Source of the DNA: Candidatus Parvarchaeum acidiphilum ARMAN-4
Lineage (GTDB): Archaea; Nanobdellota; Nanobdellia; Parvarchaeales; Parvarchaeaceae
NCBI GenBank assembly: GCA_002412065.1
Contig: GG730044.1
Location: forward strand, 349 to 64,348
Direction of reading: 5' to 3'
DNA: 64,000 nt
Below, in pieces: positions 1 through 10,270 of this stretch. The position numbers were made by a program, and so were the translations under genes. Each line of letters opens with the position of its first letter. The stretch's first letter is position 1. The notes beneath the pieces are model-generated. The model did not search any database, had not been told where the DNA came from, and saw only the letters and a program-made list of their open reading frames with translations.

Positions 1-445
1 AAAGCAAACGGCATAAATTTTGAATTCAAGCAGGATAACCACTCAAAATCCTCAAAAAATGTGCTTAGAGGTTTGCATTATCAATTGGAGCCTTACGCTC
101 AGGGCAAACTTGTAAGAGCCATCACTGGAAAGATATTTGATGTAGCCGTTGACATACGAAAAGGTTCTCCAACATTTGGAAAGTGGGTCTCTGCTGAACT
201 ATCAGAAGATAACAAGAAAATGCTTTGGATTCCGCCCGGGTTTGCACATGGTTTTTTTATCACTTGAAGACAACACAAACGTATTATACAAATCTACAAA
301 TGAGTACAACAAGGAAAGTGAACGTGGCATATCGTGGAATGACTCTGAAATAGGCATAAAATGGCCCTTTGATAATCCATTATTATCAGATAAAGACAAG
401 AAGCACCCTGTTTTAAAGGACGCAGACATAAATTTTAATTATTAA
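1..445 (+). CDS. rfbC: dTDP-4-dehydrorhamnose 3,5-epimerase (RmlC cupin); 5' end outside window; frame broken at T7 run 252-258
   Basis: Frame 1 from nt 1 reads ...NVLRGLHYQ..GKLVRAITGKIFDVAVDIRKGSPTFGKW..WIPPGFAHGF and then stops. Frame 2 continues LSLEDNTNVLYKSTNEY..ERGISWNDSEIGIKWP. ORF-track pieces 61-267 and 149-445 are therefore one gene, and removing one T restores the frame. Confidence 0.85.
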
Positions 446-468
446 TTCAATAAATTACAGGATATTCT

Positions 469-1434
469 ATGAAACTAATCGTTACTGGCGGATACGGATT
501 TATAGGCTCTAACTTCATCCTTTACTGGCTAAAAAAGCACAGAAAAGATGAAATAATTAATGTAGACAAGCTAACTTATGCTGCAGATCCTGACAATCTA
601 AAAGACTTAAGTCAAAATGCAAAATACACATTTATAAACGGTGATATAGCAGATAAGGAATTCGTAGAAAGAACGTTTAAGGATGCCGATGCAATAATAA
701 ACTTTGCAGCTGAATCGCACGTTGATAATTCCATAAAGAACTCCAGCTTGTTTATATCCTCTAATATTGTGGGTGTACACAACATACTTGAAACCGTCCG
801 TAAAACGGGCATACGTTTCCACCAGATATCAACAGATGAAGTTTATGGCTCTTTGTCTTTGAACTCAAAGGAAAAATTCAATGAAAATTCAAAATATAAT
901 CCAAGGAATCCTTACTCTGCTACAAAAGCGGCTGCTGATTTTTTAGTTAGAGCATATTACAACACCTATAAATTGCCTGTAACTATATCTAACTGCAGCA
1001 ACAACTATGGGATTAACCAGCATCCTGAAAAATTAATACCAAAAACACTACTCAATGCCTATTTAGATGAGAGTATACCAGTTTACGGTAATGGCAAACA
1101 GATAAGAGACTGGATTTTCGTTGAAGACCATTGCTCTGCTATAGAACTAATAATACAAAAAGGAGTATATGGAGAAACTTATCTAATTGGTGAAAACGGA
1201 GAAAAAAGAAACATTGATGTTATAAGAACGATACTAAAAACGATGAAAAAGCCGGATTCACTGATAAAATTTGTAGAGGACAGGCCAGGACACGACGTTA
1301 GGTATGCCATAGATTCTAGAAAAATTCAAAAGGAATTGAAGTGGAAACCTAAATTTGCGTTTGAAAAAGGGATAAAAATTACTATAGAGCACTACCTAAA
1401 AAACAAGGAAAGATACTTAAAAAAGATGAGTTAA
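469..1434 (+). CDS. rfbB: dTDP-glucose 4,6-dehydratase
   Basis: N-terminal Rossmann motif TGGYGFIGSNF, catalytic YSATKAAAD, and a C-terminal RPGHDVRYAID typical of RmlB. Lies in an rfb cluster. Confidence 0.92.
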   Translation: MKLIVTGGYGFIGSNFILYWLKKHRKDEIINVDKLTYAADPDNLKDLSQNAKYTFINGDIADKEFVERTFKDADAIINFAAESHVDNSIKNSSLFISSNIVGVHNILETVRKTGIRFHQISTDEVYGSLSLNSKEKFNENSKYNPRNPYSATKAAADFLVRAYYNTYKLPVTISNCSNNYGINQHPEKLIPKTLLNAYLDESIPVYGNGKQIRDWIFVEDHCSAIELIIQKGVYGETYLIGENGEKRNIDVIRTILKTMKKPDSLIKFVEDRPGHDVRYAIDSRKIQKELKWKPKFAFEKGIKITIEHYLKNKERYLKKMS

Positions 1435-1435
1435 A

Positions 1436-2284
1436 ATGAAAACTTTAGTTCTGGGTGGAAGTGGTTTTATAGGTTATTACCTAGCTAAATATTTCAATGC
1501 TACCTCTGCATCTGCTCATCAGAAAGAAGGCTACATAAAGCTTGACATAACCGATAAAGAGGAAGTTTCTGAAGTATTAAATAAAATTAAGCCGGAGCTT
1601 ATAATAAATTCTACTGCAATTGCAGACGTTGACCTTTGCGAGAAGGAAAAGGAAACAGCTATGCTTGTCAACGGCTATGCTGTTGAATGGCTTTCTTCTC
1701 TATCAAAAGAGATAGGAGCAGAATTTGTCCAGATTTCTACGGATTATGTATTTGACGGCTTTACTGGAAACTACAAGGAAGAGGATAATCCAAATCCAAT
1801 AAATGAATACGGCAAAAGTAAATTAATTGGTGAAGAGAATGCGCTGAAAAATGATGCAATTGTATTAAGAATAGAGATGCCTTATGGTATTAACGTTGCA
1901 AAAAACAAGAATGTGTTCTTTGAATCTGTAATAAATAACCTCAAAGAGGGAAAAACTGTAAATGCAGCTGTAGACCAGATAATCTCTCCGACCTTTGTTG
2001 AGGATATACCAAAAGCAGTAGAAGTGTTAGTTAAAAAAGGAGCTAACGGTATATTTCATCTGGCTTCAAAAGAGCACTTTAGCAGGTTTGAATTCGTAAA
2101 CATTATAGCAGATGTTTTCAATTTTGACAAAACTATTATAAAGCCTGTGAAATTAGCAGACTTTAAAATGCTGGCTAAAAGGCCGAAAAATACTTTTCTG
2201 AACATCGATAAAATCTCCAAATTCTATGAGATAAAGCCGCTTAAAGAAAACCTGGAAAAAATAAAGAACGAGATAACTATTTAG
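1436..2284 (+). CDS. rfbD: dTDP-4-dehydrorhamnose reductase
   Basis: GGSGFIG Rossmann start, STDYVFDG and YGKSKL motifs of the RmlD family. Starts 2 nt after the rfbB stop. Confidence 0.8.
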   Translation: MKTLVLGGSGFIGYYLAKYFNATSASAHQKEGYIKLDITDKEEVSEVLNKIKPELIINSTAIADVDLCEKEKETAMLVNGYAVEWLSSLSKEIGAEFVQISTDYVFDGFTGNYKEEDNPNPINEYGKSKLIGEENALKNDAIVLRIEMPYGINVAKNKNVFFESVINNLKEGKTVNAAVDQIISPTFVEDIPKAVEVLVKKGANGIFHLASKEHFSRFEFVNIIADVFNFDKTIIKPVKLADFKMLAKRPKNTFLNIDKISKFYEIKPLKENLEKIKNEITI

Positions 2285-2996
2285 TTTTGTTTAATCTTTC
2301 CCTTAGTATGTTCGATGCCTCCAGTAGGCTTTCGAATGTGCCGGCGTCCAGCCAAGGCTCCTTTAGGAAAGAGTGAGATAATTTTCCCTCTTCAAGATAC
2401 ATGTTATTAACGTCTGTTATTTCAAGCTCTCCTCTTGCAGACGGCTTTAATCTGCTAATTTTGTCAAATACTGTATTATCATACTGATAAATTCCCGTAA
2501 CGGCATAATTTGACTTAGGCTCTTTGGGTTTCTCTTCTATTCTCTTTATTCTTTGGTTCTCATCAAATTCTGGTACGCCGAAACGCTGCGGATCCTTGAC
2601 TTCTTTTAGAAATATTCTTGCACCAGAAGTAAAATTACTTACGTGCTCAGAAATATCATCTAGTATTATATTGTCTCCTAAGATTACTGTTACGTTATCA
2701 TCGTTAACAAATCCCTTAACCAATGACAAAGCATGTGCTATCCCTCCGGCTTCATCCTGCAAAGTATAATGAAATCTTGCTCCAAATTCCTTTCCTGAAC
2801 CCAAAAGATTCATAAAGTTTCCTGCATTTTCCTTTCCTGTAACTATTATAATATCCTTTATTCCTGCCGAAACCAATCTTTCTATTGGATAATATATCAT
2901 CGGCTTGTTGTAAACCGGCAGTAAATGCTTGTTTGTAACCTTTGTCAATGGATACAGTCTAGTACCATTACCACCTGCAAGAATCACTCCTTTCAT
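2277..2996 (-). CDS. rfbA: glucose-1-phosphate thymidylyltransferase (short form)
   Basis: MKGVILAGGNGTRLYPLT nucleotidyltransferase signature, LGDNI, EKPKEPKSNYAVTGIY. Convergent with rfbD and completes the dTDP-L-rhamnose pathway. Confidence 0.88.
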   Translation of the reverse strand: MKGVILAGGNGTRLYPLTKVTNKHLLPVYNKPMIYYPIERLVSAGIKDIIIVTGKENAGNFMNLLGSGKEFGARFHYTLQDEAGGIAHALSLVKGFVNDDNVTVILGDNIILDDISEHVSNFTSGARIFLKEVKDPQRFGVPEFDENQRIKRIEEKPKEPKSNYAVTGIYQYDNTVFDKISRLKPSARGELEITDVNNMYLEEGKLSHSFLKEPWLDAGTFESLLEASNILRERLNKTK

Positions 2997-3065
2997 CTTA
3001 TATTTAAGAAAATATCAGCTTTATAAGCTTAATATTACTTAGATTTAATAAATAAACATTAAATT

Positions 3066-3862
3066 ATGGACTTCAAAACCCCAGTTGCAAGAAGAGTAGA
3101 TTTGTACAGAAATCGCAAAAACGCTGGTATTCAATTAAAAGAGCTTTTAGCTTATGACACAATAATGCTATTACGAAAAGAGGAAAGAAAAAAACTAGGA
3201 CGAAAGCTTTCTACAAGTCTTGGCAGGTACTATGCAAAAGAGAAGTATGGATTAAAATTTACTGAAAACAGCGATGTTTCCGAGGTATTTATAGACGATA
3301 TCTACTCTATTTATGAGGATTTTATTCCAAAGCCAAAACAGACTGTAATCGATATTGGAGCACAGTACGGAGATTATGCAATCCTTTGCAGCAAAATTTA
3401 CAAAGCTAAGGTTTATACCTTCGAACCATTACCACAGAACTTCAAAGAAATTTTGAAAAATATAAAACTAAACGGATTAAAAAAGACTCAATAAAAGCAT
3501 TTAATGTAGCTTTAGGAAATGCAAACAAAACTGCAATGTTAAGTTACGGCGGTGAAATGGCCAACAATAGTAATAAAGGAGAAAAAATAAAGACAACGTT
3601 CAGAACACTTGACAGCTATAAGCTTAAAGCAGATCTTTTAAAAATAGACGTAGAAGGCTTTGAAATAGAAGTTTTAGAGGGAACTATTAAAACAATTAAA
3701 AAATACCATCCAAAGATAATAATAGAAACGCATAGCAGGGCATTAGAAAAGCAGACAAAGGAATTCCTTTCAAGACTAAACTATAATTTAAAGCATGAAG
3801 GCCGCTCAGTCTATAATGTAAATAAGGAATTTGACAAGGTAACTAATTTGTTTTTTGAATAA
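3066..3862 (+). CDS. FkbM-family methyltransferase; frame broken at A6 run 3479-3484
   Basis: The first ORF carries VIDIGAQYGDY (SAM-binding G-loop) and ends ..LNGLKKTQ. The next frame continues DSIKAFNVALGN..LLKIDVEGFEIEVLEG, typical of FkbM. One extra A would fuse ORFs 3066-3494 and 3536-3862. Confidence 0.7.
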
Positions 3863-4175
3863 TTTTAATTGTTTACTTAACTGCTTATTATGATAAGATT
3901 TCTGTTCCATGGATATTTACAGTTTCACTACTAATCATAGGCACAAAATTCAACTATTTCTATGATTTGAGCATAAATAACAAGATACATCCTAACAGTC
4001 ATGAATTTAGAAAAACCGCGTTTCCTATTTCGCTATGTCATCGAACTTATCAAAAATGATAAGTTTAGATACATATTGTAACAATCTATAAAATTATTTA
4101 TTGTTAACAAGGTGTGGTCATAAGCTATTTATTATAAAAAGATATACCGTATAGTTTTAAAACTACAAAGTTATT

Positions 4176-4198
4176 TATGTATAAAATTATTATACATA
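4176..4198. promoter_or_regulatory. perfect 9-bp inverted repeat (tatgtataa-N5-ttatacata) overlapping the AT-rich promoter region of the MNT/HEPN pair
   Basis: Read directly from the sequence. It ends 3 nt before the ATG at 4202. A second 14-nt palindrome, tagttttaaaacta, lies at 4152-4165. Confidence 0.3.
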
Positions 4199-4201
4199 GA
4201 T

Positions 4202-4735
4202 ATGGAAAAATGGAAACAGACTATGTTGAAAGAGGATGCTTACAATGTACTAAAAGAAATGAAGGAAAACGCAGTAAAAGTGTATGGTAAAAAAATGAGC
4301 TTTGGAGATATAATAAAAGAATCATTGAATAAAGAGCTTTCAATTTCACTGCTTGATGACACTGTTAAAAGCTATCTGCAGGCATATATCCATGAATTAA
4401 ATAAGAATGACGATATCATAGGCGCCGTTCTTTTCGGTTCTCTTGCTAAAAGGACGTGGAATAAATACAGCGATATAGACCTTTTAATCGTCGTTGAATC
4501 TGATCCCATGAAATGCCTGCATTACACCGATGAAATAGACAAAAAGCTTTACGGCATACAAAAAGAGATTTTTGAAAAAGGTTATGGCTTCTATGTAAGC
4601 CCACTGATAGTTACAGTAAATTCTTTGCATGAAAATAGAATGATATACGATGAAATAAGAAAAAATGGCATTATACTTTTTGATAGAAATAACATTTTAA
4701 GAGACTTTATGCATGAAGCCACAAAAAGCAGTTAA
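4202..4735 (+). CDS. nucleotidyltransferase-domain protein (MNT-type, antitoxin-like)
   Basis: GAVLFGSLAKRTWNKYSDIDLLIVV is the minimal nucleotidyltransferase G[SG]-X9-12-DxD signature. Immediately followed by a HEPN gene. Confidence 0.75.
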   Translation: MEKWKQTMLKEDAYNVLKEMKENAVKVYGKKMSFGDIIKESLNKELSISLLDDTVKSYLQAYIHELNKNDDIIGAVLFGSLAKRTWNKYSDIDLLIVVESDPMKCLHYTDEIDKKLYGIQKEIFEKGYGFYVSPLIVTVNSLHENRMIYDEIRKNGIILFDRNNILRDFMHEATKSS

Positions 4736-4740
4736 TAAAA

Positions 4741-5157
4741 ATGGAAAGAAATGAAGCTGCAGATGCTTTGGAAGACGCAAGGAGATGGTTTGATGTAAGT
4801 ATACTTGCAGGTGAACATGGAGATTATAACATAGGACTATATTCCTTAGAGATGTCTGTAGAAATAGCACTTAAAGGAGTTCTAACAAAATTTGGTATCG
4901 CATATCCAAAAGTGCATGATATTATACCACTTATAGTCAAGCTATTCGATGAAAAGAATGGTAAGCTACCAAACGAATTCGTTGAGAATGAAAACTTAAT
5001 AATTGACACATTCAGAGAACTGCTTAAAAGAAGAGGACCTGCAGGTTATACATTTAATTCAAACATAAAGATAGCAGATCTAAAGGGAGATTTCAATACT
5101 TATTCAAAAGCCGCTGAAAAGATAATAAAGCTTTGTTTAAAAGCAATAGAAAATTAA
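4741..5157 (+). CDS. HEPN-domain protein (toxin-like partner of the upstream MNT)
   Basis: About 138 aa and all-helical by composition, with a central YPKVHDIIPL segment like HEPN PF05168-type proteins. Starts 6 nt after the MNT gene. I could not find a clean Rx4-6H motif. Confidence 0.6.
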   Translation: MERNEAADALEDARRWFDVSILAGEHGDYNIGLYSLEMSVEIALKGVLTKFGIAYPKVHDIIPLIVKLFDEKNGKLPNEFVENENLIIDTFRELLKRRGPAGYTFNSNIKIADLKGDFNTYSKAAEKIIKLCLKAIEN

Positions 5158-5463
5158 ACGTTGCATTAAGTAAATTATCCATAAACAATATTAATTTATA
5201 GATATGATTTCATTTTAAGGATAGATCTATAAAAGTAGCTGGAAATAAAAGAACATTCTATATTATGTATAATAAAAAAGCTGATACTAGAATAATTAAT
5301 TACTACAAAAGGTACTTTACCAACACTAAATTTAGAACTTGAGGACTAATAAAAATAACTAAATTTTTTAAGGTAAATGTTAACTAAGCTTAAAAAGTTT
5401 AAAATTAATAGCCTTAATGGATTTTCAATAAAAAGTAATGTTTTATTCCTGCAGAAATAATAT

Positions 5464-6162
5464 TTATTTCTGGGTTATTATCAGCTTGGTTCCTGTGCTT
5501 TGAACCGGATTCTTTCTAAATCTTGTTATTATTGCCGCTGTTATAAGAAGAATTGCCCCTATTATGATAAATGCAATATCCATAAACAGCAAAGTCCCGG
5601 TGAATGTAGAAAATATCGATGAAGGTATCTTCAATGAAAAAGAGGAAACTGAAAAGGAAAGAAGGAAAGGTACTATATAGGCAAAAGGAATGTAAAAAAT
5701 AACCAGCGAGATTATTGCCATTGATATTACGCTTCTCCCAATGGCCGTTAGCTTTTTCTCTTTCTGGTACGAGAAGAATATCAGGATTATTCCTATAATG
5801 GCAAGTGCAATCGAAAGCAGCTCATAATGGTAAATATCAACGTTGTTCATAGGTATGTTTATCCCTGTTGAGCTTTTAATAAAGGAGGAAGCAAGGCAGC
5901 CCATGCCGCAGTTTATATAGGATATCTTTGAATTAAGAGCGGGAGTTACAGTTGAGATGAGCTTGCTTGTGTTTACAGGGGTTATTACGCTGGTTAATTG
6001 GTCCTGCTGGACAGTATAATTGACTATCTTTGAAACGGCACTCTGTGCAAAAGAATGCGATAAAAACCCGGATAAAAAGCCTGACAGTATCAGTGTAAAG
6101 AAAAGCAATCCTACGAATAGAAGTAATCCTCCAATATACCTTCCGCTTTTTCCCAACATCAT
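5464..6162 (-). CDS. multi-pass membrane protein, unknown function
   Basis: Several long hydrophobic segments (N-terminal, and three or four in the C-terminal third). No recognisable motif. Confidence 0.45.
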   Translation of the reverse strand: MMLGKSGRYIGGLLLFVGLLFFTLILSGFLSGFLSHSFAQSAVSKIVNYTVQQDQLTSVITPVNTSKLISTVTPALNSKISYINCGMGCLASSFIKSSTGINIPMNNVDIYHYELLSIALAIIGIILIFFSYQKEKKLTAIGRSVISMAIISLVIFYIPFAYIVPFLLSFSVSSFSLKIPSSIFSTFTGTLLFMDIAFIIIGAILLITAAIITRFRKNPVQSTGTKLIITQK

Positions 6163-6254
6163 ATAAAGTTTATGTAATTTTTATTATTTAATCCTAACTT
6201 ATTATAGTTTAGATACTAATACTTATATTTATATAAAAATTGCCTATTTTCTCT

Positions 6255-7658
6255 ATGAAGGTATACAACAGCTTAAGCCGGAAAATAGAAAACTTCAAAG
6301 CCTTAGAGCAAGGAAAGGTTACAATGTATACCTGTGGCCCAACAGTCTACAACTATGTACACATTGGAAATTTAAGGACCTTCATATTCTACGATACAGT
6401 TAAGAGGGCCTTAAAACTCAACGATTACAAGGTAAAGCACGTTATGAATATTACGGATGTAGACGACAAGACGATAAAGGGTGCAATTGAAAGAAGGATG
6501 TCATTAAAGGAATACACCGAGCTTTACGCCAATTACTTCCTTGAGGATTTAAATAAACTGAACGTAGATATGGACACAAAGTTTACAAAAGCTACAGATA
6601 ACATCGATGAAATGCAGAAGATCATCGTAAAGTTGGTAAAAGAAGGCTATGCTTATGAAGCTGATGACGGTGTATACTTCAACGTTTCAAAATTCAAGGA
6701 TTACGGTAAACTTTCAGGGATGAAGGTTGACGGCAGTTATTCAAGGATAAAGAATGATGACTATGACAAGGAAAACGCGTCTGACTTTGCATTGTGGAAG
6801 TACTGGGATGCAAATGACGGCGAGGCCTACTGGAAAGGCGAGCTGAAAAAAGGAAGGCCGGGATGGCACATTGAATGCAGCGCAATGTCGATGAAATACC
6901 TTGGCAAAACAATTGATATACATTGCGGAGCTGTAGACCTTATATTTCCGCACCATGAAAACGAGATAGCGCAGAGCGAGAGCTACAGCAAGCAAAAGTT
7001 CGTCAATTACTGGCTGCATGCGGAACACCTGCTTGTCAATGGCCAGAAAATGTCAAAGTCTTTGAACAATTTCTATACTTTAAAGGATTTAGAAGGCCAG
7101 GGCTTTAATCCATTGTCTTTCAGGTTGATGGCAATCGACAGCCACTACAGAAACAAATTGGACTTTAACTTTGAAAATCTGCGGAAGTATGAAAAACTAC
7201 TGGCAAAGATAGATTTATCGATAAAAGCTCTGAACAAGGTAGAAAAATACGAGGAAAAGGAGGACAATTACTCGAGGGTGCAGACAAAGCAGAAAGTAGA
7301 GAAGGTTATTGAGTTATTCAAGGAAGCTGTTAACAATGATCTGAACACGCACGAAGCTTTGCAGCATTTTCTTTCGCTCCTTGATTTAGCCGATGAAAAA
7401 ACAAAGAAGGGAAAGATTGACAATAATGAGTTTTCCGTGCTTTCCACGGCAATAAGCAAAGCGAACGACGTTTTGGGGATATATATAGACTACAAAATAC
7501 CTGAGGAAATAATTGCCTTAGCAGAGGAAAGGGAGCAAAAAAGAAGAGAAAAGCAGTTCATAGAAGCGGATTTGCTGCGTGAAAAGATAAGTGAAAATGG
7601 CTATTCCATTGCTGATCTGACAGGTACATTCGTAATAACAAAGAAGTACTTGGATTGA
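6255..7658 (+). CDS. cysS: cysteine--tRNA ligase
   Basis: Class I HIGN (YVHIGNLRT) and KMSKS motifs, plus the CysRS zinc ligand context GWHIECSAM. The ATG at 6255 (MKVYNSL..) is preferred over the TTG at 6240. Confidence 0.92.
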   Translation: MKVYNSLSRKIENFKALEQGKVTMYTCGPTVYNYVHIGNLRTFIFYDTVKRALKLNDYKVKHVMNITDVDDKTIKGAIERRMSLKEYTELYANYFLEDLNKLNVDMDTKFTKATDNIDEMQKIIVKLVKEGYAYEADDGVYFNVSKFKDYGKLSGMKVDGSYSRIKNDDYDKENASDFALWKYWDANDGEAYWKGELKKGRPGWHIECSAMSMKYLGKTIDIHCGAVDLIFPHHENEIAQSESYSKQKFVNYWLHAEHLLVNGQKMSKSLNNFYTLKDLEGQGFNPLSFRLMAIDSHYRNKLDFNFENLRKYEKLLAKIDLSIKALNKVEKYEEKEDNYSRVQTKQKVEKVIELFKEAVNNDLNTHEALQHFLSLLDLADEKTKKGKIDNNEFSVLSTAISKANDVLGIYIDYKIPEEIIALAEEREQKRREKQFIEADLLREKISENGYSIADLTGTFVITKKYLD

Positions 7659-7899
7659 ATTTTAGGTATATCTAAATAAGTAATAAAACGGTAAATAAAT
7701 TCTAGGTTTTAATCTTTCATCATACTTTCTTTGAAATGTAATTTGAAGGGGGAAAGAATAAATAAATAGTTTCCCCTGTGAGAAACTATGGTAAGTATAA
7801 ACTCTGAAAGGCAGCTTACACAAATAATGACACCATAACAGGTAATTTTAAAATAAACTACAGAATGAAAAGTAAAGTTATGTATTAACTGTCAATGCC

Positions 7900-9339
7900 T
7901 TATAACTTTGAGCCCTTTGCTTCTGCTGAAGCCGTTTCAAGTGACTTTCCGTTTAATTCCGGACCCAATATAACTTCTGCGATTGCTCCTATAAACATGA
8001 TTACTGCTGTTATTACGAAAGCTATTGTTACTGCTGTCAATGTATCGCCTGCTGCAAGTATTATACCCAGGATTATAGGCCCTATTATACCACCTAATCT
8101 GCCGATTCCTATTGCCGTACCTACTGCTGTGCTCCTTATCTCTGTAGGGAACATCTCTGAGATCTGAGGGTAAAGCACGCCGGCTGCTGCGTAAACCCAG
8201 AAGTAAAGAACTGCTAAAAGTATTACGAATAAGACTAAACTTATATGGGCTACGATTAAACCTATAAGCAAGAACATAAATGCCGCTATACCATAAGAAG
8301 CGGTAATCGTCTTCCTTCTTCCTATCCTATCAAGCGCAAATGACATCACTATTATACCAAGTACACCTGCAAAGGTTATGTAAACCAGAGAAAGGCTTAC
8401 ACTCGATGAGCTGTAATTGAAGAATTTTACCAATATTACGGGGATTACAGAGAAAGCTGCATAGTAAGGCCAAACCTCCGTCAAATTAAGGATTATAGCT
8501 AAGGTTATCCTTCTTGGATATTTCTTGAACAAAAGGCCGTATTTTGCCGATAGTTTTTGCGATGAAAAGTTAAGCATTTCTGCGCTGACTGGCGGCAGTT
8601 TCTTATGAGTCTTAGCCTGATATGCTTTTTCAGCCTTGCTGACTATTGCTTCTGCTTCCTTCAGCCTGTTCTTTCTTATAAGGTATCTTACTGACTCTGG
8701 AAGCTTTAGCCTTGCTATGAAAACAACGACTGCTAATACAACTGCTGAAGCGAAAGCTACCCTCCAACCTATTGTTGAAGGAAGTAAGGATATTGCAAAG
8801 AATGCTACTAATGAAGCGGCTACTGTTCCTACATCAAATGCCGTTGCGTTGCCTGAAGCTACCGCCAAACCTCTTTTCTTTGGAGGAACAAACTCTGCCA
8901 ATGCTGTATTGGCTACTGCGACTTCACCCTCGGCACCTATTGCTGTGATTATTCTACCGAAGACCAATGAACCGTAGTTGAATGAAAGCGCAACGATTAC
9001 GCTTCCTATTATTACTATTGTAACTGTGATTATGAATACCTTCTTTCTTCCTATATAATCGGCCATTGTTCCCATTAAGAAAGAACCGATTAATGCACCC
9101 ACCAAATACAATGGCGTTAAGATAACTGCCTCAAACGAGGTAAGGTCAAACTGCTTTTCAAGTGCACCTAAAGTAGCACCGCCTAGGGAAATTGAGAACC
9201 CCTCAAGGATAACTCCTGCGAACAATATTGCAAATATGTAAGTATGCCAAGAATTCCATGGAATACGATCCAAACGAGCAGTAAGATTAGTTTTAATAGA
9301 ACGTATATCGCCTTTATCATTCTTAACTGACTGCGGCAT
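7900..9339 (-). CDS. MFS transporter (metabolite/sugar:H+ symporter type)
   Basis: About 12 hydrophobic segments, the MFS loop motif DYIGRKKVF, and the sugar-porter-like PESVRYL. Confidence 0.85.
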   Translation of the reverse strand: MPQSVKNDKGDIRSIKTNLTARLDRIPWNSWHTYIFAILFAGVILEGFSISLGGATLGALEKQFDLTSFEAVILTPLYLVGALIGSFLMGTMADYIGRKKVFIITVTIVIIGSVIVALSFNYGSLVFGRIITAIGAEGEVAVANTALAEFVPPKKRGLAVASGNATAFDVGTVAASLVAFFAISLLPSTIGWRVAFASAVVLAVVVFIARLKLPESVRYLIRKNRLKEAEAIVSKAEKAYQAKTHKKLPPVSAEMLNFSSQKLSAKYGLLFKKYPRRITLAIILNLTEVWPYYAAFSVIPVILVKFFNYSSSSVSLSLVYITFAGVLGIIVMSFALDRIGRRKTITASYGIAAFMFLLIGLIVAHISLVLFVILLAVLYFWVYAAAGVLYPQISEMFPTEIRSTAVGTAIGIGRLGGIIGPIILGIILAAGDTLTAVTIAFVITAVIMFIGAIAEVILGPELNGKSLETASAEAKGSKL

Positions 9340-9513
9340 AAGAAATCATTAATAATTAATAGTATTTAAATCTTTTTCTCCAGGGTTTTTGCCTGGCAAC
9401 AACTAAAATTATGCTTTGCTGGTATTTTTTTAAACACTCAAAGCAATTTATTACAAGTTTTACAGCTAAGATGCACATTAAAAACTTAAATCCTTGAAAA
9501 TCATATAAAATTA

Positions 9514-10263
9514 ATGGAAAAAACTGATATAGAAAAAATAATGAACGTGGTTGACCACACATTGCTTAAACCTTACGCAAAGGAGAAGGAAATAAAAAAG
9601 CTCATAGACGAAGCAGCTGAGTTGAAAACCTACAGCGTTTGCATACATCCTTTGTTTGCTAAGGCCGCTAAAAGATACATAACGAAGAAGAATTATCCGC
9701 TCAAGATAGCAGTTACAGTTGACTTTCCAATGGGGGTTATGACAACGAATGCAAGGGTAAAGGCTCTAAAGTCCTTGGCCAAAGACGTAAATGAGGTTGA
9801 TTTTGTTGTCCAGATGGGGTATGTTAAATCGAAAAAGTTCAATGCTGTCCAAAAAGATGTAAACAAGCTTGTTGACATAGCGCATCAAAACAATCTCGTT
9901 ATAAAATTTATAGTAGAGGATGCTTACACTACAAAAGAGGAAAAAGAAAAACTTTATGATATAGTATGCAGTTCAAAAGCAGATTTTATAAAGACAAGCA
10001 CAGGGTTTGCTGAGCCCGAATATTCGTCTTCAATGGGCAATAAGATAGGGGCAGACCCGCAAAACATTAGAGTAATGGCTGAAACCATAAAAAGACTGGG
10101 CTCAAAGACTGGAATAAAGGCCTCTGGAGGAATACATTCATACCAGCAGGTATTGGATTTATTGAATGCTTCTGAAAAGCAGTTGGATCCTAAAGAATTC
10201 AGGCTGGGGATGAGCGGGACCAAAAAGCTCTATGAAGAACTGGAAAAGCTAAAAACCAATTAA
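9514..10263 (+). CDS. deoC: deoxyribose-phosphate aldolase
   Basis: VDHTLLKP start motif, Schiff-base lysine context FIKTSTGF, and a C-terminal IKASGGI. Confidence 0.85.
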   Translation: MEKTDIEKIMNVVDHTLLKPYAKEKEIKKLIDEAAELKTYSVCIHPLFAKAAKRYITKKNYPLKIAVTVDFPMGVMTTNARVKALKSLAKDVNEVDFVVQMGYVKSKKFNAVQKDVNKLVDIAHQNNLVIKFIVEDAYTTKEEKEKLYDIVCSSKADFIKTSTGFAEPEYSSSMGNKIGADPQNIRVMAETIKRLGSKTGIKASGGIHSYQQVLDLLNASEKQLDPKEFRLGMSGTKKLYEELEKLKTN

Positions 10264-10270
10264 AGTCAAC

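Noticed and set aside
7748-7777. Hairpin GGGGAAA-N14-TTTCCCC between the convergent cysS and MFS genes, a possible bidirectional terminator.
   Set aside because: Archaeal termination relies mainly on oligo-T tracts, and a single 7-bp stem in a 240-nt spacer is weak evidence. Noted but not called.
7895-8977. + strand ORFs 7895-8167 and 8636-8977 inside the MFS transporter gene.
   Set aside because: They mirror the hydrophobic transporter sequence on the opposite strand and carry no start context or motifs, so they are spurious.
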